Positions 10,222-20,896 of a stretch of DNA of 64,000 nt are shown piece by piece. This stretch comes from an uncultured delta proteobacterium. GTDB taxonomy: Bacteria > Desulfobacterota > Desulfomonilia > Desulfomonilales > Desulfomonilaceae. A program made the translations under genes and the position numbers. Location of the stretch: the NCBI GenBank assembly GCA_963789265.1, contig CAWBKB010000003.1, positions 736,001 through 800,000 on the forward strand, in the 5' to 3' direction. Each line of letters begins with the position of its first letter. The stretch's first letter is position 1. Under the pieces are notes generated by a model. It ran no database searches, was not told the origin of the DNA, and saw nothing but the letters and a program-made list of their open reading frames with translations.

Positions 10222-11094
10222 TTATTTCAATTTCCTTTTGTGGAGGGGTGCGGCGGTCACACGGCGAATCTTGTTGTTGTCGTCAAAGCCTAAAGCCAGC
10301 ACTAAATCCGGGCGGTCCGACACTTTGTAGAGGACCACCGTTAGATCCTTTCCTGCGCCCGGAAATTCCTTCCAATATTCTATTCCGTGGGATGAAAGGA
10401 ATTCCATCACTTTGTCCGCACCGATATTACGCTTTGAGCAGTACCCGAAGAATCCGCTGAGGCCGGCGAAATCGTTTTTTATCGTGAGCGGAAAACCCAC
10501 GCTCTGATAATATATCAGCGTGTCTTGCGCCGCCTGTCTGGTTTGGCGAATGCCTTTGCCTGCTTCACCATTGTTCGGATTTAATTTATGCGCTCGTTCA
10601 TAAAACGTCCCGGCGGTATCCCAATCCTTCAATTTGGCTGCGGCCCGGGCAATGCACAGACTGTATTCAACATTTTTAGTTTGCAGCTCATAAGCTTTCT
10701 TGAAGGCATCTATGGTTTCCCTGAGATTCACCCTCGCTTCCTTGTGTTTCCCTTTGGCCTCGTTGAGTTCCCATTCTCCCAAGTGGATCAGTCCAATGTG
10801 GTGCCATGCGTGATGGTCGATGCCCTTTACAGCGGTCAACTTTTCAAAATCCGTAAGGGCCTTGTCCCACTCACCGAGGTTGTAGTAATTCACCCCTCTA
10901 CAGTAAATCGTTTCATGGCGTTCAGGTTCGATTTTCAGGGCTTCAGTGTAGTATTCCACTGCTTGTTTATATTTTTGGGCCTTATATGCCTCTTCCCCTT
11001 TTGCATGCAATTCCTTGGCCGTCTCAGCCCATGACGAGCAACAGCATGCAAAGAAGGTGCAAATCAGAATTGCGACAAAATACACCCTTTTCAT
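10222..11094 (-). CDS. Exported tetratricopeptide-repeat protein
   Basis: Signal-like N-terminus; TPR patterns (AVEYYTEALKIEP, RGVNYYNLGEWDKALTDF). Confidence 0.8.
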   Translation of the reverse strand: MKRVYFVAILICTFFACCCSSWAETAKELHAKGEEAYKAQKYKQAVEYYTEALKIEPERHETIYCRGVNYYNLGEWDKALTDFEKLTAVKGIDHHAWHHIGLIHLGEWELNEAKGKHKEARVNLRETIDAFKKAYELQTKNVEYSLCIARAAAKLKDWDTAGTFYERAHKLNPNNGEAGKGIRQTRQAAQDTLIYYQSVGFPLTIKNDFAGLSGFFGYCSKRNIGADKVMEFLSSHGIEYWKEFPGAGKDLTVVLYKVSDRPDLVLALGFDDNNKIRRVTAAPLHKRKLK

Positions 11095-11435
11095 TGGCCC
11101 GCCTCTTTCTCATAATGCTTGTGCTTGTCGGTCAAGATTGTATGATACCATAATAGATTGTCGGATCAGGAGAAATTTCCACTCCTTGGCCGCCTCACAA
11201 GGCAGACAGGCGAAAGTTTCCTATTTACCCTGTGCTCCGGCTCGGGACTTTTCTTAGAACTGATTACAGGGGTTGGATAGACGGTCGGTTGTGTCCTAGA
11301 AGTCAAAGAGCCGGTGCAGTCCCGCCAGGCATTCACGGCAACATAGATTCGCTCGGTCTTTCGTCCAACAATTGATTTGTGTTATCTTGTTATGAGATAT
11401 TTAACCGAGACAATTGCTGAGGAGAGCGCGTCCGG

Positions 11436-11948
11436 ATGGTCGTAAAGATTAAGAACCTGTTTGGAATCGTTATTTTTTCCTTAGCTGTGTTCCTCTTGTG
11501 CCAGCCTGCTTCCCCGTTCGAAAAGAAGCCAAGCAAGAGTTCGGTCTTCGAAGTCCCCACTTCCGGCACCATCATGGATGTTCAATACCATCCCGAATTT
11601 GACGAGTGGTGGGTCAAATGTCGCGAGGGATCTAACATCGTCATTTATTCCTACGAGAAGCTGACCCGCAAATGGGGCAGAGTTGTCTTCACACCCAAGA
11701 AGCCGGACGAGAAAGAGAAAAAGGCGGAGAGGAGCAGACAATCCGAGACCGGCACTACTTCAGGCCTGACGGCAGCCGGTATAACACATGCTGAGAACAA
11801 ACAAGATAGTGGGCAACACACGGGCCCAAAGAAGGGGTCCGGGCCGGAACATAAACAGGATGACAAAAAAAAGTGGTGGGATCCACTGAACCTTATTAAA
11901 GGGGGCGAGGGTCTCATTTACCCGCCCGGTGCGTCCAAACACAAATGA
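11436..11948 (+). CDS. Hypothetical exported protein
   Basis: GAGGAG RBS, signal-like N-terminus, 170 aa, Lys-rich tail. Confidence 0.6.
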   Translation: MVVKIKNLFGIVIFSLAVFLLCQPASPFEKKPSKSSVFEVPTSGTIMDVQYHPEFDEWWVKCREGSNIVIYSYEKLTRKWGRVVFTPKKPDEKEKKAERSRQSETGTTSGLTAAGITHAENKQDSGQHTGPKKGSGPEHKQDDKKKWWDPLNLIKGGEGLIYPPGASKHK

Positions 11949-12035
11949 ATGGAATGGGAGGGAGCAACCTTTAGAGCAGGCGCCCAAAATTTTGAAATAT
12001 AGAATTCTAAAGAGTTGGCGTAGGGGCAAGTTTCA

Positions 12036-12230
12036 AGAGACTGTCTCAAAAATCTCTCCACGATGGGGTCTGATTCGTATAGTTGTTGCCCTCACCCCAA
12101 CCCTCTCCCAGAGGGAGAGGGAGCTGTACCAAAGCGACTCTCAGAGTCCCCTCACCCAACATACAAGTGACAGGGTGAGGGGATTTCGTGGCACGATCTC
12201 GACCCGGTCCGCACTAATGAGACACTTTCT
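12036..12230. mobile_element. MITE-like element containing CCCTCACCCC...GGGAGAGGG REP-like hairpins
   Basis: AGAGACTGTCTCA ... TGAGACACTTTCT imperfect TIRs; the internal hairpin family is also seen at about 20738-20818. Confidence 0.55.
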
Positions 12231-12289
12231 CAAACCCGCCCCTGCATGCGGTCATTCACTGATCTGAGTTCGGCGTCCTGCGTTTGAGA

Positions 12290-13337
12290 TTAAATGGAAC
12301 TCTCTATCAGCCTCTTCAGAAGCCGCGTAAGGATTCTGGCGGTGGTATCCACCAGCGGAACGACTTTTTGATAGTTCATACGTTTTGGCCCGATCACGCC
12401 AATGCTGCCCAGGTCCTGCCTCTTCCGTTCGTATCGGATAGGTTACAATCGAGCAGGTCTCAATCTCGTCCAGCCCGTGTTCCGATCCAATAAATATCTG
12501 AATGCCCCGGGCTTCGAGCGTCTTATCCAGAATCTTAAGTAGATTGCTTTTCTCCTCGAAAGTGATGAGGATGGCCCTGAGTGTTTCGACCTGCGCGAAT
12601 TCAGGCTCGTCGAGAATGTTCGTTTGTCCCTCAATAAAAATTTCGCTCGTTGCCTGCTGAGACAGAATTATGTGGCTCAAGCGGAGCACTTTGGCCAGGA
12701 TAGCGTCAACCTTGGTCTTTTCCGCGGCCAATTCCCGATCTATCCTTTCACGAGCCTGTCTCAGGTCAAGATCCTTGAGCATGTCGTTCAGCATACGGCT
12801 GTACTTCTCAAGGGTCTCTTGCGAAATGCCGTCTTCATCGTAGATAATCTTATTCTGGACCAAACCGCTCGCGGACACCAAGACCACGAGAATTCTGTCA
12901 TCCGCGATCTTTATGAATTCGATCGTCTTGAATGTCTGTTCCACTCGCGGTGTGGAGGTCACCACCCCGGCCTGCTTGGACAACTCTGCCAGCACTGACG
13001 AGGATTGCCGAAGCACGTCCCTTATATCAAGACCCGCTGCCCTAATTAGAGACTCGATCACTGCTTGCTCGTCCCCGCCGAGTTCCGGCGGCGGAGGGAT
13101 GGTATCCACATAGAAGCGGTATCCCCGATCCGTGGGCACACGACCCGCGCTCACATGGGGCTGCACGATGTAGCCGGATTCAGTGAGGTCACTCATAATA
13201 TTTCGAATGGACGCGGCCGAAAGGCCTATGTAGCTCTTTTTGGAGAGCGTGCGTGATCCCACCGGCTCGCCGGTAAGTATATACTCCCAGATTATAGCCT
13301 TGAGAATTTGTTCCGAACGTTTTTCCAGAACTTGCAT
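12290..13337 (-). CDS. hrcA: Heat-inducible transcription repressor HrcA, with an apparent 1-nt insertion near 12415
   Basis: [37 protein letters not shown]. Removing one base at about 12415 restores [21 protein letters not shown] and a TAA stop at 12290-12292. Confidence 0.9.
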
Positions 13338-13421
13338 GTATGTTCCTTTGCCGGAATTATGGGCCTGCTGGTACATTAAACACATTATTCTCCAAAGCAG
13401 AACACGTCAAGAAGAACGGTA

Positions 13422-13578
13422 GTGTCCTAATTTGGGACACCATCGCGGTTTTCACAAATCGTCACCCAAGACCCCGATCCGGGGGTAGCCGGCGGCTCAT
13501 AAACCACCGGCACGGAGGCCGGTCCTACTGGATCCCGGCGTACGGCGGCATGACGATCAACACACTAAATTAGGACAC
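13422..13578. mobile_element. MITE-like element with nested REP-like units
   Basis: 12-bp TIRs GTGTCCTAATTT and AAATTAGGACAC; contains copies of the 3141 and 7038 repeat types. Confidence 0.6.
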
Positions 13579-13603
13579 CAGACCGAAAGTGGAGATTGAA
13601 GGC

Positions 13604-14416
13604 CTACAATCTCTCAAGGTAGTTTACAAAGAATTTAAAGGATTCTTTCGGCGCGGCGATCAGGGGACTCTCGACTCTTTTTCCATCGAGAAGTTCACCC
13701 ACGTGAAAAAGACGACCGTCGAGGTACCTTATCTCTCCGCCTGCTGCTTCGAGGATGATACTGCCTGCTGCGAGATCCCTAACATCAACGTTCTTCATGA
13801 AACAGGCGTCCGCGGCCCCTCTAGCCACGTAAGCCAAATGACCGGCAGAAGATCCGAAATTGCGAATCTTTCCCGGAAATGTGCTCGTAAAATCCTGATG
13901 AAAACGGGAATAAACCAGCGCCAGGCTCTCATTGTCAATAGTGGGATCTTCCCTAACTTGTATTGGCTTATCGTTTAACAGTGCTTCTCGACCCGCATAA
14001 GCAAAATAAAGCTCTCCGGTGACGGGAAGGTAAAGAAACGCAAGGACCGGCCAAAATTTCTCAAACAGCGCCGCGCTGATTCCCCAAACAGGCATACCGG
14101 CCTGAAATGACGCAGCGCCATCCAATGGGTCCACGATCCAGAGAAAACGAGGACAATCGCTTCTGCGGATCTCTTCTCCGGACAATTCGCGTAGGAACCC
14201 ATGCCCCTCGAAGCTGCCTTTGATCTTCGTGGAAATCAGCTCCCATGCCGCATTGTCCGCCTTAGTCACCAGTTCTTCATCAAATTTCAGATGTGGATTC
14301 CCGGTGCCAAACATCTCGAGGAGCAGATTGCCTCCCTTGCGAAGAGTATTTTCCACGAATTCTTTCAAGGTCCGCAGTTCACGTTCACTGAGAGATCTTT
14401 CCTCTGCCTTTTTCAT
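13604..14416 (-). CDS. Inositol monophosphatase family protein
   Basis: LVTKAD, WIVDPLDG, DLAAGSIILEAAGG. Confidence 0.85.
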   Translation of the reverse strand: MKKAEERSLSERELRTLKEFVENTLRKGGNLLLEMFGTGNPHLKFDEELVTKADNAAWELISTKIKGSFEGHGFLRELSGEEIRRSDCPRFLWIVDPLDGAASFQAGMPVWGISAALFEKFWPVLAFLYLPVTGELYFAYAGREALLNDKPIQVREDPTIDNESLALVYSRFHQDFTSTFPGKIRNFGSSAGHLAYVARGAADACFMKNVDVRDLAAGSIILEAAGGEIRYLDGRLFHVGELLDGKRVESPLIAAPKESFKFFVNYLERL

Positions 14417-14731
14417 CTGTTACTCCCTTAAAGGTCCTCGATGATCGAGCGCGATCTGTGGCCGCGACAGCAATCAGATTGCGCGTGAGACTCAGGGAAT
14501 CTTGCTCAAGATTCGGAAAACATGGAACTTAATGTAAAGGCATCATTAGTTGCCTGTCAAGAAAACAGGGCGGGACGGAATCCACGGCCTTGACCGAAGG
14601 GAACCCGGCAGATAAGGTACAGGGACGAATCTGGAAGGCTCAGTTTTCTTAAATTGTTCGGAGTCTTTTGGATGTTTCACGAAGAAAACTTACGGTCGGC
14701 ACGTCAGGGGTAGTGGTCCGACGGAGGCCCT

Positions 14732-16096
14732 ATGAGTCAAGGATTGACAAGCCTGCGCTTCCGCCGGAACGCGGCAAAAGCGGTGCTAAATCGCCCTCTC
14801 AGGGACGCACTGCGCAATGCTACGGATATATTTGCTGCCCTGAGAGAGCGAGGTTTCGCTTCTGAACCTATTGAGACCCTTCGTGATCGCGGCTCAAAGA
14901 TCCGAACGCAGGTTTTGGATAATTTGCCGGAATATCTTGACCGTTTTTCTGCCGCCGCGACCCGCGCAGGGGCTATGGTGCATCAGGCGCAAGATAGCAA
15001 GATCGCGAGAGAAATTGTCTTCAATATTCTCAGGGATCGCGGTGCAAGGAAGATCGTCAAATCCAAATCCATGGTAACCGAGGAAATCCACCTGAACCAG
15101 TATTTGGAAGCTCACGGCATAGAAGTCGTCGAGACGGATCTGGGAGAATACATTGTACAAATTGCAGGGGAGACACCTTCTCACATTTTAGCGCCGGCCA
15201 TTCACAAGTCTCGGCAGCAGGTCGGACAATTATTTGTACAAAAGCTCGGTGTCGATTACTCCGATGACCCAACGGTTTTGGTAAGAATAGCCCGAAGCGT
15301 CTTGAGAAAAGAATTTCTCTCCGCCGACGCGGGAATCACTGGGGCAAACTTTGCCATTGCCCAATCAGGTAGCATCGCCATATTCACGAATGAAGGCAAC
15401 GGACGGATGGTAACCACCGTGCCTCCGCTCCATATAGCAGTCCTGACTATCGAAAAGATTTTACCTTCGCTTGAGGATCTGCCGCTGTTCGTCCGCCTGC
15501 TCTCCAGGGCCGCCACAGGGCAACCTCTCTCCAGTTATCTCTCAGTCATCACAGGAACCAGAAAATCGGGAGAAGCGACAGGGGCCAAAGAACTCCATAT
15601 CGTGCTCCTGGACAACGGCCGGTCCAACATTCTTCGCGGGGATTTCCGCGAGATACTCAAATGTATACGGTGTAGCGCTTGTTTGAACGTTTGCCCAGTG
15701 TACCGTGTGATTGGCGGCCATGCGTACGGCTCAACATACGCCGGCCCGATGGGCATTGTCCTGACTGCCCTGCTTGAAGGAATCGAAAAAGCTCACCCGC
15801 TGATGGACGCCTCAACTCTTTGCGGCGCATGCGCGGAAGCGTGCCCTGTGCGGACACCGCTGGTTGATTTGTTAAGAATGCTGCGCGAGCACAGAGTGAA
15901 TGAGGGATTGACTCCGCCAATTGAACGGGCGGCCATGGGCGCTTACGCACGAGCCACAAAAACTCCTGCCCTCTTTGCTTTCGGGCAAAGAACGTCTCGG
16001 ATCTTATGGCCTATCTTACGCAGGATCTTCGGCGAGGGAACATTCGATCGACTTCCGCGGCCTGTCAGACGCACGTTTAAAGAAAGAATGTCCTAA
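14732..16096 (+). CDS. lutB: Lactate utilization Fe-S protein LutB/YkgF/LldF
   Basis: KSKSMVTEEI, ETDLGEYIVQ, PSHILAPAIH, TNEGNGR, CIRCSACLNVCP, STLCGACAEACPV. Confidence 0.9.
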   Translation: MSQGLTSLRFRRNAAKAVLNRPLRDALRNATDIFAALRERGFASEPIETLRDRGSKIRTQVLDNLPEYLDRFSAAATRAGAMVHQAQDSKIAREIVFNILRDRGARKIVKSKSMVTEEIHLNQYLEAHGIEVVETDLGEYIVQIAGETPSHILAPAIHKSRQQVGQLFVQKLGVDYSDDPTVLVRIARSVLRKEFLSADAGITGANFAIAQSGSIAIFTNEGNGRMVTTVPPLHIAVLTIEKILPSLEDLPLFVRLLSRAATGQPLSSYLSVITGTRKSGEATGAKELHIVLLDNGRSNILRGDFREILKCIRCSACLNVCPVYRVIGGHAYGSTYAGPMGIVLTALLEGIEKAHPLMDASTLCGACAEACPVRTPLVDLLRMLREHRVNEGLTPPIERAAMGAYARATKTPALFAFGQRTSRILWPILRRIFGEGTFDRLPRPVRRTFKERMS

Positions 16097-16128
16097 AGTA
16101 GCCTGGGACAGCTTCCGGGGAGGCAAGA

Positions 16129-16806
16129 ATGAAAAGGCTGTTAGTAATGGCACTCATTATCACTGGCTCCTGTGTTGTGAACCTGCCTCAAGTTGCGGCG
16201 GAGGCCCAATCTACGGCTATAGCGAAGGATGCAGAATGGCACCCCACGACGGAAACCATGCAGAAGATCCGGCAATCTTGCGCATCGCTACACGCCCCCG
16301 ATTTTGGACAATGCTTCGTGGCACTAATGCCGAAACTGGGTGCAACCGCTCAGGCCGTGGCTTTTGCGAAATCTACGGGGAATACCGGTTACCTGGCCCA
16401 CTTTTCGAAGGTCGGTCCGGTGGATCTTGCGTACGTGGTTTATCCATTCAGGGCGAACGAAAATGATGGATGGCTCCTGGTGAACGGTGATCCGCCACTT
16501 ATAGACGTGGATACCTTGACCAATTTACGGAAAGGGCAACTGGAACGCGACCCCTCCTACCTTCTGTTAAAGAAGAAGTTTCCTAAAGTCATGCTCTTTC
16601 CGGGTGACAGAAGTCGGACACTTCCACCCAAGGTAATTCGGTTGCCGACTGAGGGACAACGATTCATTGTAAAGTACAAGCTCCTCAATGGCTGTCACGC
16701 CTGTGAACCGGTTGGGCAGGCAGAATTTTCTTTTGATTTTGACCCAACCGGCAAGTTTTTGGGCACGCAACTCCAGCATGTGGAGTTACTGACGAGTCTG
16801 AAATAG
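16129..16806 (+). CDS. Hypothetical exported protein
   Basis: GGAGG RBS, signal peptide-like N-terminus, GCHAC motif. Confidence 0.7.
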   Translation: MKRLLVMALIITGSCVVNLPQVAAEAQSTAIAKDAEWHPTTETMQKIRQSCASLHAPDFGQCFVALMPKLGATAQAVAFAKSTGNTGYLAHFSKVGPVDLAYVVYPFRANENDGWLLVNGDPPLIDVDTLTNLRKGQLERDPSYLLLKKKFPKVMLFPGDRSRTLPPKVIRLPTEGQRFIVKYKLLNGCHACEPVGQAEFSFDFDPTGKFLGTQLQHVELLTSLK

Positions 16807-16892
16807 AAAAGAAGAGGGGGGCGATTATGCCGAAGTGAGCGGATTGTCCCGAGTAACGAGTCCAGGATTCTCAAAAATTCGAAAATCTTCTT

Positions 16893-18051
16893 CTAGCTCA
16901 TCAATTCCAGTGCCTTTTTCAGGGCTTCCAGCAAAAGTATCACGTTTTCAGCCCGACTATTGAAGCCCATGAGCCCTATACGCCAAACCTTTCCCGCCAG
17001 TTGGCCCAGAACCTCCTGCGATCTCGATGTTGTAATTCTGGAGGAGATAGTCGCTCACGGCCTTGGCGTCGATGCCGGGGGGAACCAGTGCGGTGGTCAG
17101 GCTCGGCAGACGAAAATCCTTGTCCACGTGGCAGTCGATGTCGAGCTCTTTAAGCCCTTCCCAGAGCATTTCTGCATTAGACCGGTGACGTTCCCATCGG
17201 TCTTCGAGACCCTCCTCCGCGATCAGGCGAAGTGCCTCTCTTAAAGCGTAATTCATGTTAATAGGCGCGGTGTGATGGTAAGTACGTTCGCTCCCCCAGT
17301 ATTTGCCCACAAGCTTCATGTCCAGGTACCAGTTGGCCACCTTTGTTTTTCGGCTGTTGAGCTTCTCCATTGCCCGTTCACCAAGAGTAAGCGGAGAGAT
17401 GCCGGGCGGACAGCCCAAGCATTTCTGGGAACCGCTGTAAGCGATGTCCACATGCCATCGGTCGAGGAAGACGGGCGCACCGCCGAGACTTGTGACCGTA
17501 TCCAGCAGGAACAGGCAATCGAATTCACGGCATAGCTTCCCGATCCCTTGCATGGGGTGAAGCGCGCCGGTAGAGGTTTCCCCATGAACCAGGCCCAAGA
17601 GTACCGGTCTGTGGGTCTCCAGGGCCGAGCCGATCTCGTCGAGGGTAAAGACTTCACCCCACGGTTTTTCTATTCGGCGTACATCGGCACCGTAACGGGA
17701 GGCCATGTCGCAAAGCCTCTCGCCAAAGTAGCCGTTAACTCCGATCAGAACCACATCCTCCGGTTCGATGCAGTTGGCGAGAGAGGCTTCCATGGCAGCA
17801 CTCCCGGTACCGCTGACCGGAATTGTGAAGGGGTTGTCTGTTTGCCAGACGTATCGCAGGAGTTCTTGAGACTCATTCATCAGTTCAATGAATTTCGGAT
17901 CCAGGTGTCCCACTTCATTCATGCTCAGAGCTTGCCGTACTCTAGGATGAATATTTGCGGGGCCCGGGCCCAGCAGCAGTCGCGGGGGCATGTCGAGTTG
18001 TTGGACCACGATTCGATGAGAATCGTCGATTCCACGTGTCTTATTTTGCAT
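16893..18051 (-). CDS. Class V PLP aminotransferase (alanine-glyoxylate/serine-pyruvate type), with an apparent 1-nt insertion at 17010-17011
   Basis: LLLGPGP, SGTGSAAMEA, HGETSTG, SGSQKCLGCPPG. Removing one T restores GGLGQLAGKVWRIGLMGFNS and a TAG stop at 16893-16895. Confidence 0.9.
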
Positions 18052-18159
18052 TTGGAGTCTCTTTTATGGGAATATCATTTGGCTTGCCCTATGACGGTCA
18101 ATTTCGCAGAATATATATTCGGGGATGAGATTTCAACTTCAAGTACAGCACCGGGCAAC

Positions 18160-18282
18160 CATTCAGTCTTGTGGGGCACTCCCGCGACGCGCGGGACAGC
18201 CTGCCGGGGAAACCCCTGTTCAGTGGCGGGCTAGAAAGCCCACCCCACGAAACCATCCGCAAATTCCGGCTGTTACTGAATG
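18160..18282. mobile_element. ~123-bp MITE-like repeat, copy 1
   Basis: CATTCAG...CTGAATG termini; colinear with 26530-26653. Confidence 0.8.
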
Positions 18283-18350
18283 TATACGCACCCGGATTGT
18301 TCAGCGCAGTCAAAAATACACAGCCCGTTTGATGCCCCCACATTGAAGCT

Positions 18351-18959
18351 ATGACAAAAAAAGATCTTTTGAAAACGTACCGTGACAAGAGGGATTTCGG
18401 GCACACCTCGGAACCGAAAGGTGATGCGCCGCGCGCCGAGAGCGAGCAACCTATATTCGTGATTCACAAACACAGGGCCAGAAATCTACATTACGATTTT
18501 CGTCTTGAGGACCAAGGTGTTCTCAAATCTTGGGCAATTCCTAAAGGTCCTTCTACAGACCCGAAGATTAAGCGGCTTGCAGTGGCCACTGAAGACCATC
18601 CATTGGAATACGCCGAATTCGAAGGCGTTATCCGGAAAGGAGAGTACGGGGCCGGCGCAGTGCTCGTCTGGGATTGTGGAACTTATCGGAACGTCACCGA
18701 GGAAAAGGGGCAAACAGTTCCTGTTGAGAAAGCCATCGAGCGCGGTGGTCTCAGCGTATGGCTTGAAGGCAATAAGCTCAAAGGCGGCTACTCGCTTATC
18801 CGATTCAGGGGGGAATCACCGAACCAGTGGCTGCTCGTCAAAATGAACGACGACCAGGCTGATTCAAGAAACGCCCTGCTGACGGCCGAGCCCGACTCGG
18901 TCTTGAGTGGCCGCAGCCTGGAAGAAATAGAAGCGGATGAATCGCCGACCGATTCGTAA
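18351..18959 (+). CDS. Stand-alone LigD 3'-phosphoesterase domain protein
   Basis: FVIHKHRARNLHYDFRLE, SWAIPKGPS, EDHPLEYAEFEG, YGAG. Confidence 0.9.
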   Translation: MTKKDLLKTYRDKRDFGHTSEPKGDAPRAESEQPIFVIHKHRARNLHYDFRLEDQGVLKSWAIPKGPSTDPKIKRLAVATEDHPLEYAEFEGVIRKGEYGAGAVLVWDCGTYRNVTEEKGQTVPVEKAIERGGLSVWLEGNKLKGGYSLIRFRGESPNQWLLVKMNDDQADSRNALLTAEPDSVLSGRSLEEIEADESPTDS

Positions 18960-19070
18960 CTATTTGGCAACTGGGATAGCTTCGGCTGCAAGGTCTGTCA
19001 CCGGCCGCTGTATCGACGCTTCCTAAACCTTTTCGCGAACACTTTGTCATCCCGCCGTTGAAACGGGCTA

Positions 19071-20660
19071 TTAACCCTCCTTAAGTTCCTCCAGAACCTG
19101 CCTGAGTATGTCCGGCTTTACCTCCATGCCTGGTTCCACTGCACCAATTTTTCTTATCAAGACAAAGCGTACGCGGCCGCCGATGTTCTTTTTGTCAGCG
19201 GCCATTGCCTTGACAAGCCCGGTCGGATCCTCACTGTGACAAATCGGCAGGCCGGTTCGGCTCAGCAGAGACTCCAGCCTGTCCGGTTCATCCGAGGAGC
19301 ACAGCCCCATTTTCTCGGAAATTCTTGCCGCGGCAACAAGACCGATGGCAACGGCTTCTCCGTGGCCCAAGGCGTATCCACTGCACTTTTCCAGCGCGTG
19401 GCCCACCGTGTGCCCGAGATTCAAGACTTCACGCAGGCCGGATTCAAAAGGATCGGCTTCCACAACCCGAACCTTGACGTTGGCTGAACGAGCCACCAGG
19501 GCGGGACTCAAGTTGGATGGTCGATCGGCGCTCTCTAGAGCCTCAAAGAGTTCGGGGTCACCGATCACGGCATGTTTGATAAGCTCTGCCATGCCCATCC
19601 GAATTTCTCTTTCCGGAAGTGTGGCGAGCGTTTGCGTGTCCGCAGCAACCAGCACCGGCTGTTTGAAGGCCCCCACGAGATTTTTCCCCTGAGGCAGGTC
19701 AACCCCCGTCTTACCGCCCACACTGGAATCGACCATGGCCAGCAGCGTAGTCGGGCATTGAACCAGAGTTATCCCTCGCATGTAAGTTGCCGCTGCGAAT
19801 CCTGCCAAGTCTCCGATCACGCCGCCACCCAGTGCGATCACAGCGCCGCGACGATCCAGTCCTCCTTCCAAAAAGGAGTTATAGAGGAAGCTGAGTTGCT
19901 CGAGGTTTTTGCTCTCCTCTCCCGGTGGAACTTTGAATACAAAGGGCTTGAAACCTGCACTCTCGAGTGCTGTGACCACCTGATGCGCGTACAATTTGGC
20001 GACGTTCAGGTCTGTGACCACGGCAATCCTGGAAGTAAGGCCCCTTTCTCTGAGTTGCTCCCCGAGCAGATCAAGGACTCCAGGCCCTATGCCAATTGTG
20101 TAACCACCACCGGGAAGATTCACTGCAATAAACATGGATGGGTCTTTTCCGTTGCTAACGATTTGATGCAAGCGATTGACCGCCCTTTCCACAAGTGAAT
20201 CCGTGGTGTCCACGTGGTATGCAAATGACACGTACGCAGCTTCACGTTCACGAAGAAGCGCTTTCACACGCTGGATGCGGTCTTCACCCTCTATCATGGG
20301 GCGTTTTTCGTTCCTGCAGACCCGGGTCAGAATCTCATCTGCCGAGCACCGCAGGCAGACTACAATACCCGCGGAATTCAGGAGCTTGCGATTTTCCGGA
20401 TCCAATGGCATCCCCCCGCCGGTGGCTACCACCGCGCCCCGCTGAGTCACGAGTTCCCGGCACAATTGTCTTTCCAGATCACGGAAGTGCCCCTCACCAT
20501 GCCTGGTGAAGATTTCAGAGACGGACGCTCCTGCACGACGCTCTATTTCCGCGTCCGTGTCGAGAAATCTCAATCCAAGCCGCGAAGCGAGCGCGCGACC
20601 TATAGTAGTCTTTCCTGTGCCCATGAAACCAGTAAGGATTATATTTGCGTATGCTGTCAT
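19071..20660 (-). CDS. aroKB: Shikimate kinase / 3-dehydroquinate synthase fusion
   Basis: GFMGTGKT Walker A and GEGHFRDLE; then GGGVIGDLAGF, PTTLLAMVDSSVGGKTG, NLGHTVGHA. Confidence 0.93.
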   Translation of the reverse strand: MTAYANIILTGFMGTGKTTIGRALASRLGLRFLDTDAEIERRAGASVSEIFTRHGEGHFRDLERQLCRELVTQRGAVVATGGGMPLDPENRKLLNSAGIVVCLRCSADEILTRVCRNEKRPMIEGEDRIQRVKALLREREAAYVSFAYHVDTTDSLVERAVNRLHQIVSNGKDPSMFIAVNLPGGGYTIGIGPGVLDLLGEQLRERGLTSRIAVVTDLNVAKLYAHQVVTALESAGFKPFVFKVPPGEESKNLEQLSFLYNSFLEGGLDRRGAVIALGGGVIGDLAGFAAATYMRGITLVQCPTTLLAMVDSSVGGKTGVDLPQGKNLVGAFKQPVLVAADTQTLATLPEREIRMGMAELIKHAVIGDPELFEALESADRPSNLSPALVARSANVKVRVVEADPFESGLREVLNLGHTVGHALEKCSGYALGHGEAVAIGLVAAARISEKMGLCSSDEPDRLESLLSRTGLPICHSEDPTGLVKAMAADKKNIGGRVRFVLIRKIGAVEPGMEVKPDILRQVLEELKEG

Positions 20661-20687
20661 AGTTGTTCAAAAACCTGTCTGAGTATT

Positions 20688-20857
20688 CATAATCACTAAC
20701 TCATTGTCATGCTGTCTCGCAATTTCAACAGCTTATCACCCTCCCCCTTCCCCCTCCCTTCGAGGGAGGGGATCAAGAAAACCCTCGCCCCTGGCGGGAG
20801 AGGGCAGGGTGAGGGGGATTTGCGGAATCAAAACGCCGCATTAAGTCAGCGCCTATG
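20688..20857. mobile_element. MITE-like element between aroC and aroKB
   Basis: CAT...ATG imperfect TIRs (right end TAAGTCAGCGCCTATG resembles the end of 35954-36144); internal CCCTCCCCC/GAGGGAGGGG hairpins. Confidence 0.5.
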
Positions 20858-20896
20858 GTATGAGTGCACGGGATAGACACTGTTCCGTTGGTATTT

